DNA of 64,000 bases from the NCBI RefSeq assembly GCF_964355755.1, contig NC_092678.1, positions 24,259,365 to 24,323,364 of the forward strand. The letters run 5' to 3'. A program made the position numbers and the translations under genes. Of the stretch, positions 55,790 through 64,000 are shown in pieces. The notes below the pieces were generated by a model. It did no database searches and was not told where the DNA came from. It worked only from the letters and a program-made list of their open reading frames with translations. This DNA comes from Antedon mediterranea. Its lineage: Eukaryota > Animalia > Echinodermata. Every line of letters starts with the position of its first letter. Positions within the stretch are counted from its first letter, which is position 1.

Positions 55790-56320
55790 CCTCCAACCGC
55801 AAGAGGGCGCTCTTCACCTTTCCAAAACGCCCTCTATACTGTAGCCAGTAGTTTGAAGGGCGCCCTCGTCAAAAAAAAATTGGCGTAGAGAGGTCCTTTA
55901 CAGAGGCCATTTTAGCCAGATGAGGAGGGCGCTTTCCACGCAAACTGCAATATAGAGGGCGCACTAGGAATAAAGACGCCCTCTATATCGTAGCCAGCCG
56001 TTAGAAGGGCGCCCTCACTAAATAAAAAAATTGGCGTAGGAGTCCCAAAAGAGGCCATTTTAACCAGAAGAGGGCGCTCTCCATGCAAACAATATAGAGG
56101 GCGCACTAGGAATAAAAACGCCCTCATAATAAATTAAAAAAAATTGGTGTAGGGTTTTTTGCAAAGCCATTTTTACCAAATGAGGGCGCCCTCTTTACCA
56201 ATCACAATAGAGGACGCACTTGTTATAGAACGCCCTCAGTTTACACAAACGATAGTACCACTTTTTTTTAAAGATCAAATGAGGGCGCTTTTTAAACTAG
56301 TAGTATAGAGGGCGTCCAGT
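55790..56320. repeat. Degenerate ~120-130-bp tandem units rich in GAGGGCGC/GCGCCCTC motifs
   Basis: Alternating direct and inverted GAGGGCG motifs, with AAAAAAATTGGCGTAG recurring three times. Confidence 0.7.
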
Positions 56321-57577
56321 GGAAGAAAAAGTAATCAATCCACATACCTGTATCCTTAGCCTTCTTTCTGGCTGCCAGTACACTAACTTTTTTTAAACTT
56401 ACCTTTACAAATACGCCTATCACTCTACCGTAATTAATAACAATATGCCTACCACTAACTTTAACTAAATCCTAGGAATATCTTAAAATATATTGCTAAC
56501 AAAATCAAACAGTTTTAATAGATTATTTAGAAAATAATAAAATGTGAAATCAGATAAAATAAAGCATGGAGGTATGAATAAAATATATGATATGCCTACC
56601 AGACTAATTAAAATACAGCATAGAAAATAATAAATGTGAAATCATATGATAAATAAAGTATATATATGCCTACCAGACTAGTAAAAATACAATCATAATG
56701 AACAATTTTGAAAAATAAATGCAAAATTGATGCAATGCTGAAATTCTTATGCCTATAACTAAAGATATATATGCCTATACTATAACTTAAATAAAGTGAA
56801 AAAATAGATACAACACAGGGATCAACTTTATTGAGGTTGGGACTATATTACAAATATAATGACACTTGAACTGAGCAGCTGGATCGCGGATGATAATAAT
56901 GGATATATATATATAGTATATAATATTCAGTGAAAATCCCTGTACTAAAGTACAGGGATTTTTAACTGTTATATCAGCCAAAGAAATTATCTATATTCTG
57001 GTACGTGCAGCCTAGCAACAGTTTTTATACATAATCGTGAAAATGTATTTTTCACTTCAAAGGATATGAAATTGTTTTCAGTTTCCATTTCTGTTTCAAC
57101 TGAAAGATATAAAAAAATAATAATTTAGTGAAATATTAGATAATTTTGAGGATTTAGTTTTTTCTGCTATTTTTGCTTTTTTCACACCTAATTTCAATTT
57201 AGTGTACAGCAATAAAGTATTTAAAGTATAGCCATGCTTGCATCACCAGATGTTTTATATAAATTGTATGTAAATTAGAACTTTGCATACTTGAGCAAAT
57301 TGTTAGTTCATTGGCATGTGTGGCTTGTTGTGCAAGGACACAGCATGCATGGAAACCTGCATTGAGAGAGGCTAAGTTACTAAGCCTGGAGCGGACTCAA
57401 GCCTGTACTGAGGGGCTTACTAAGTCTAGTGCTGACTGAAGTCTAGGCTTACTTAGAAGCTTGTCTGCAGTTTATTCCAGCAATGAGACATACAGAAGGT
57501 GAGCCAAAATAAGAAATGTAGTATAGCTAGTTTACACAGCTTTGTAATTCCATGAATATTTATTGTAAATTGTATAT

Positions 57578-59064
57578 TTTATTAGGTTATATGCATGATA
57601 TGCATATAACCTCTTGATTCTGTCAAAATCTTTATTTATTTATTTATTTATTTATTCTTTCCTTAGCACTATTTTGTCCGTGCATTATCTTGGCATCAGT
57701 TTAATCTAGCTAAGTCAAGTTTTCAGAGTATATTCCTTATGGCCAGGAATCGATGTGGTTATTTTTTCACGATGCGCAATCAAAAATTACGCGGTCTACG
57801 CGCGATTTTACGAAATCACGTTTGTAATCCTATCTTCACAAGCATGAATCACAATTAAACAAAATTTGGTACTCATAAATTTCAGGTCATATTTCATCAT
57901 ATGGCAATACAATTACGTGCGTAGCGCATATAACGCTTGCGTACGCGCGCTTAAAATGTTCAAAATTGTCAAAATTTATTTTCGGTGAAATTAGAGTACG
58001 TTTCAGGCAATTTTAAGCGTTTAAAAAATTGCCATGAGTGCGCAGATTTTTGCACGTGCACTGCGCGTTCAAACGTTAATGCGCACTCTTTTTACCCGAT
58101 TTCTGTTTTACAATCTTTCTTTAATAATATCATCATATTTGATTTAGGTTTCAACTCGAAATTGCGTTATACGAGCACGTCAAAAGTGACTGGCTACGCA
58201 CGTATAAGTTAACAAAATGGTGAAAATAATATGCTAAATTTTAAAATTAATATATATCGTCAGAATGCAGGGGAACACCTATTTTTTATTTCATTTTCTT
58301 GAAGTGTATGTATCATATGTATGATTTATTATCAAATTAAGAGAACAAAAGTTGATTAAGTCGTCATTAATTGCATATTAAATTTAAAAAAAATAATTTC
58401 GACAATCAAACAAATTATGACATTTTCTTAGGCCAAAATAACAAACTTAACATTAACTTTCTTCCTTCAAAAATTCATATATTAAAGTTAAAAGTATGTA
58501 GTTTGACAGTGCATCATTTGTATACATTTTAAAGATGTCATCATAGTATAAAATTATAATTCATTTCGGTATGTAATAATCTATTTGCATCAAAGTGGTT
58601 ACTGCATAGTAAATACACGGAGGAATTTTTCTATAACTTTTAGTCAGTTGTGTACGGCTCGATGGACTGTGCTCGTGTCTATGGCATTCAAGGTACCGAG
58701 ATCGAGTCTCACCTTGGGAAACGGAATAAGATTTTTTTTTTATTATCCGTATTGTTTGTTCAAATTTATTTCTTAGTGTATAGATTATACACATGATTTA
58801 TAATGAAATCTAGATAAAAATTAACTTATGTCTTTATTATTATGTAACAACAAATGTGGTTTATGACATTATACGCATATGGATCTTTGATCGAATTGTG
58901 ATACCGGCTATGGTGTTCGCGTTAGCAAGGTCCTATCATATATTATAAATAATTAAAGATTCTGAGAAAATCAATCAATCAATATATCTTTAAAAAATCA
59001 ATTATCTTTATTTAAATCAATGCATATAACCTATAATTCGTCATAGTGACAATTAAATCTAGTT
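57578..59064 (+). mobile_element. Helentron-associated non-autonomous element (HINE/DINE-1-like)
   Basis: 5' subterminal repeat AGGTTATATGCAT with an adjacent inverted copy, then a (TTTA)n microsatellite. The 3' end has subTIR ATGCATATAACCT, hairpin GTCA-TAG-TGAC and CTAGTT. The flanks are T-rich. Confidence 0.75.
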
Positions 59065-60038
59065 ACCTTTTATTACTATTGGATTAGATAATCTTTTAAA
59101 AGCTTTTTTTTCCAAACAATTTTGGTAATGAATAAGGTGGGGTTTTTGTGTTGAAATTTGGGAAGTAAGATTTTATGATATAAATCAAGCACATGCTGTG
59201 CTAACATCATGCTATTTGAATATTGTTCATTTTATGAAACTTCTTTAGTAATTTAGTGATTCTGGTTAATTGTGAAAAACTGCTCATAACACAAAGGCAA
59301 TTTGTGTCAAGCACACAAAGCGATATGGGGCCAGGTTTTCTGACCAATTTTATAATGGACAATTTGGTGTCCAGCATATTATTATTATAATATACTGCAC
59401 TGTACTGAATTATCCATTTCTTGTAAAGTGTAGGACTAAATTTATATTGCCCTAAATTTCAGTCAAAATTACTGGAATTCTAGTTCATTTAAAAAAAATA
59501 AATAATAGAATTGTCATTCAATTCTCTCTGCGACTGTATTTTGAACTGAAAACCAATGAACTTTAAATTACCTTTGATGTTTATCTGCAACAACTAATTT
59601 AGTTGTGTTATCATCTATTCTTCAGTTGGTTACAAGAGTTTCTGCAAAATATAAGGAAAAAATAAATTTAAAATTATAGTTATATAATATTGTTTACCAA
59701 ATTACTTAAATCTGTGAATCTGTAAGACGGTATTCACATTAAATTGTCAATTTGAAATCCTATACTTGCAAACTCACACACATAATGCGCGAGTCTCGCA
59801 CGACATACACATATTCAATTTATTTTGTTTCTCATTGGCCACTAAAAAAGGTGGAAGGTTGTGGAATGTTTCAAAAACCGGCTTGGTCGTCACTAGCAGA
59901 AATCAATTTTAAAAACCACCCTCCATTCCCTAAAATTTACTCAGTCAGACCCTTCAAGTATTTTATAAAAAAAAACATAATTTGTTATCTGTAGATTACA
60001 TAATACAATTATGATCTCACTACACCAGTACATATTAT

Positions 60039-61612
60039 GGGCGGCCATTAGGGCCAAAATAGACAAACGTTGCCGTACGAACAATTCCGCTCCCGTAAGG
60101 CAAACTAATGGCGTTAAAGACATAATTCCTCGAGTGACAAACAAATATTGCCGTACGGACACACAAACACATTGCCATATGAACAAATTGCCGTATGGTT
60201 AAATTGGCGTAAAGACAAACATTGGCGTACAGTCTAACTAAATATAAACGTTGAGGGCAGCATAGTAATTTAAAACCACATGACTGAAACCACTCTGTTG
60301 TGTGTCCAGTCCTGATGGGGAATAAAAACATAATCATGGAAGGCTTGTGTTAAGCTAGCTAACAATATAGGCCAGCCGACAATAAGCCAGCCCACTTTTA
60401 TTTTTTCCAGCCAACAATAACTATGAAACACCGTTTGTGTATTTTTTACATTTTCAGTGTTACTTATGGTTTTTATGGTATTACTATTAGAAATGAAATA
60501 TTTGTGAGAAAACGGCGGATTGCTCCTGGGAGTCACTTGGTGGGATTATACTAGGGTACCTCTTTAGTAAAAGTTAGAGTAGGCCTATGACCGCTGGTCC
60601 CGTTTACTCAGCCCTCATCTTTTAAATCTGAGTGTAACTCAATTACGATTTTTAATATTATAGTGAAATTTGATACTGTATTTGTGAGAAAACGGCGGAT
60701 TGCTCCTGGGAGTTACTTGGTGGGATTATACTAGGGTACCTCCTTAGTCGTCCAGTATAAGTTAGCGTAGGACCGCTGGTCCCGTTTACTCAGCATTTAT
60801 CTTTTGAATTTTATACTGTATTTGTGAGAAAACGGCGGATTTAAAAGATGAGGGCTGAGTAAACGGGACCAGTGGTCATACTCTAACTTTCACTGGACGA
60901 CTAAGGAGGTACCCTAGTACAATCCCACCAAGTAACTCCCAGGAGCAATCCGCCGTTTTCTCACAAATACAGTATCCAATTTCACTATAATATTAAAAAT
61001 CGTAATTGAGTTACACTCAGATTTTTAAAAGATAAATGCTGAGTAAACGGGAACACTACAGCGATCAAAGGCCTACTCTAACTTATACTGGACGACTAAG
61101 GGTACCTTAGTATAATCCCACCAAGTGACTCCCAGGAGCAATCCGCCGTTTTCTCACAAATATTTAATTTCTAATACCATAAAAACCATAAGTAACACTG
61201 AAAATGTAAAAAATACACAAACGGTGTTTCATAGTTATTGTTGGCTGGAAAAAATAAAAGTGGGCTGGCTTATTGTCGGCTGGCCTATATTGTTGGCTAG
61301 CAAAACACAAGCCTTCCATGATTATGTTTTTATTCCCCATCAGGACTGGACACACAGAGTGGTTTCAGTCACATGGTTTTAAATTACTATGCTGCCCTCA
61401 ACGTTTATATTTAGTTAGACTGTACGCCAATTTTTGTCCGTACGCCAATTTTTGTCCTTTCGGCAATTTTTGTCCTTGCGCCAATTTAACCATACGGCAA
61501 TTTGTTCATATGGCAATGTGTTTGTGTGTCCGTACGGCAATATTTGTTTGTCTTACGGGAGCGGAATTGTTCGTACGGCAACGTTTGTCTATTTTGGCCC
61601 TAATGGCCGCCC
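60039..61612. mobile_element. Foldback-type element: ~1.57-kb near-complete palindrome with modular internal repeats
   Basis: GGGCGGCCATTAGGGCCAAAATAGAC... is mirrored at the right end. Arms are ~800 bp, and GTGAGAAAACGGCGGATT modules repeat towards the centre. Confidence 0.88.
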
Positions 61613-62057
61613 ATATATATATCCTTTTAATAATCAAAATCAAACAATATTATTAAATAAAAATACACTTAAACCTACCTACGCATAAAAATTTAGGCTA
61701 GGCCTAGAGGCCTAATAAATGCCAAATTATCACTTCTCTCAGTCAGGTGTAGGATCTTTAGTAGTACGTAACTTGCCATGCCTGAAAATATAGGTAAAGG
61801 TAAAAAAAACAGACTGGTTAAAATTGTCAATGTCAATGATTTAATGAAGCATTATAAATTTAACAGAGTCATCGTATTCGATTTAGACTTTCACCGTTGA
61901 GTACAGTTTTTCCGTTGAGTACTTCTTTAACGGAGTATTTTGAGCGTTGAGATTGTTCTTAACAAAAAAGCTTTCGTTGTCAACGTTTCTATTCGAATGA
62001 CTTTCTGTTGAGCACAAATTTACAATTCGAATACAAAAAGTACTCAACGAATCTTTA

Positions 62058-62384
62058 TGCACTTGTCAATTGTATGACCCACTATACGAGCCCCGGGAGA
62101 GGTGCGTCATGGGTGCGTCATTTACAAATAATTACTGACGCAGGGGTGCGTCAAAAAACCTAGATGGTACGTCACATCAATGAACAAGGTGTGTCAATGT
62201 CCGTCACTTTACCACCCACCATATCATAAACAACATGGTCACAGTGCGCCAAAATGGGTGCGTCATGGTCACCTAAAGGTAAGTCACCTTTTTGACGCAC
62301 GGGTGCGTCATGGTATTCAAAAGTCGGACAAATGACGCACCTCTCCTGGGGGTCGTATAGTGGGTCATACAATTGACAAGTGCA
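62058..62384. mobile_element. Harbinger-like MITE (TTA TSD) nested in another MITE (~61860-62428)
   Basis: ~50-bp TIRs TGCACTTGTCAATTGTATGACCCACTATACGA, with TTA at both flanks. The outer element ends TCGTATTCGATT / AATCGAATACGA. Confidence 0.85.
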
Positions 62385-64000
62385 TTACGTTGACAACGAA
62401 AGTTCCAATCGAATACGACAATTGTTAATAATTTTAAGACAACTTTGACCTAGGCTAGGCTATGTGCATACAGAACCCTCCTCATAAATAAATAAAATAT
62501 GGTTATTTTCTATCAATTTTATTATAATACCTACCAAGCAGCAGTCTTGAAATCATGTTTTTGTGGGATTCAAAACTTAGGCCTGGCCTATAGGCTACTA
62601 ATGGTTAACTGAAACGCCATGGATGGGAGTAGCCAAACAGGGCTAACTAACTAAGGACGTAGGCTACTTCAGACAGGTACTGGTGTGGTGGTGACGACGT
62701 GTGCATCAATCGAAATTGGAATTGGACCTTATTAGAGAAAAGCACCTAATTTATTCTAATTAAACAAAGTCTACAATATGTCACAATCATTTTGTAACTT
62801 TAAAAGATTTATATTTTTTTTATAGATGTGCCTTATCTAATCAGCAGGCCTAAATACTTACCTTTATTATCTTTTTTGATGGTGGAAAAGCAGCTGTGGA
62901 AAAGTTTGTTTGCAGGAGGCGAGAGGGGGAGAGGAGAGAGAGAGAGAGAGAGGAGAAAAATCAGCGCAGACGATCGACAATACCGTGATCTGATTGGTCA
63001 AGAGTCAGCGAGAAACTTCGGATCTGCTCGGATCATCGATCGGATCCGATTTTTCTGAATACGCAAGCGCAGTACGTAATATAATTTTACTTCATTGTTA
63101 GAAAGGCTATTTTGGTTATAAATAGGTCTAACTGTGGTTATACTGTTTTTTTATTAAAAATAAAACGCTCAACATCCTCCAAAAGTAATTTTTTGTCTGA
63201 TCTGGTGGTATGACAAAAAATCCATGTTGATGGCGCACTTTTTTGTTTATAAACGCGACAACTGACGCGTGAACTGACTAGACTAAGCTAACTTGGCGCG
63301 AATTTAGAAAAATAAATACTGTACTGCATGCAACTGATGTTATTTATTACAGAAAGTTATTTTATAAACAAATTAGGTTACACTGTTAACATTTGTTATG
63401 CAGTTTTCATAATTATTTACTCTACTCTATCTAGTAGGCTAGGCCTACTATTATATTATTAACATAATACTAATACTGATGATGATGATAGAGTAACTAG
63501 CCAGCCTCTTACCTAGCTACTACTAGTAGTAGGCTAGCTACTAGGCCTAGGCCTAGTAGGGCCAGGCCCTCCTAGGGGCCTAGGCTAGTTACTCTAGGCT
63601 AGTAGGCTAGTTACTCTAGGCTAGGCCTACTACTCTAGCCGGCTAGCTAGGACCTATTAGGGCCTAGCTCCAAGGCCAGAGAGAGAGGAGGCCTAGGCCT
63701 AGGCCTATATTACTAATTAGTCCTACTAGATAGCCTAGATTATTTATAAATAGGATAGGTCTAATAGTAAAGGCCTCTATTCTAACCCATCAGACCAGGG
63801 AGGGATAGAGGGTAGTACTGTATGTGTAGTAGTAGCTAGGCTAGGCCTAGCCTAGCTAGTCTTCTTCTCTATATCTAGAGGCAAACTATTGTAGTTAGAC
63901 TAGGCTATATGAATAATTAATACTGTATAATGATACAAGGCTGTACAGTGTAGTCTACTAGCTACTGAAGAATGTAAATTAAACATAAAATAATACATAA

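Noticed and set aside
60011-61688. Mirror-image ORFs in the foldback element
   Set aside because: By-products of the palindrome, with no transposase motifs.

Overview
AT-rich, intron-containing animal genomic DNA (a deuterostome invertebrate is likely from the SINE/TE repertoire; inference only). It is not prokaryotic, and no CRISPR, rRNA or intact tRNA genes are visible. The host content is a tandem cluster of copine-family genes on the + strand. It comprises the 3' (vWA) exons of one copy (732-3112), an orphan N-terminal module (11309-18362), and a full phase-consistent model (ATG 21043 to TAA 44844, ~620 aa). In the full model the first C2 domain is replaced by ~220 aa of low-complexity sequence from 10 small exons, and several Ca2+/MIDAS acidic ligands are lost. 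One exon of this gene is split by a LINE that could be spliced out in frame. The rest is transposon-rich. It holds a near-intact Gmr1-like (PR-INT-RT-RH order) LTR retrotransposon inserted in a 45-bp minisatellite, RTE-X-like and L2-like LINEs, Penelope remnants with minimal hammerhead ribozymes, and a solo LTR. It also holds SINEs, several DNA-transposon MITEs (pogo-like with a HIRAN remnant, Harbinger-, Kolobok-, AcademH-like, Helentron HINE, foldback) and satellites. All calls are by eye; no searches were run.
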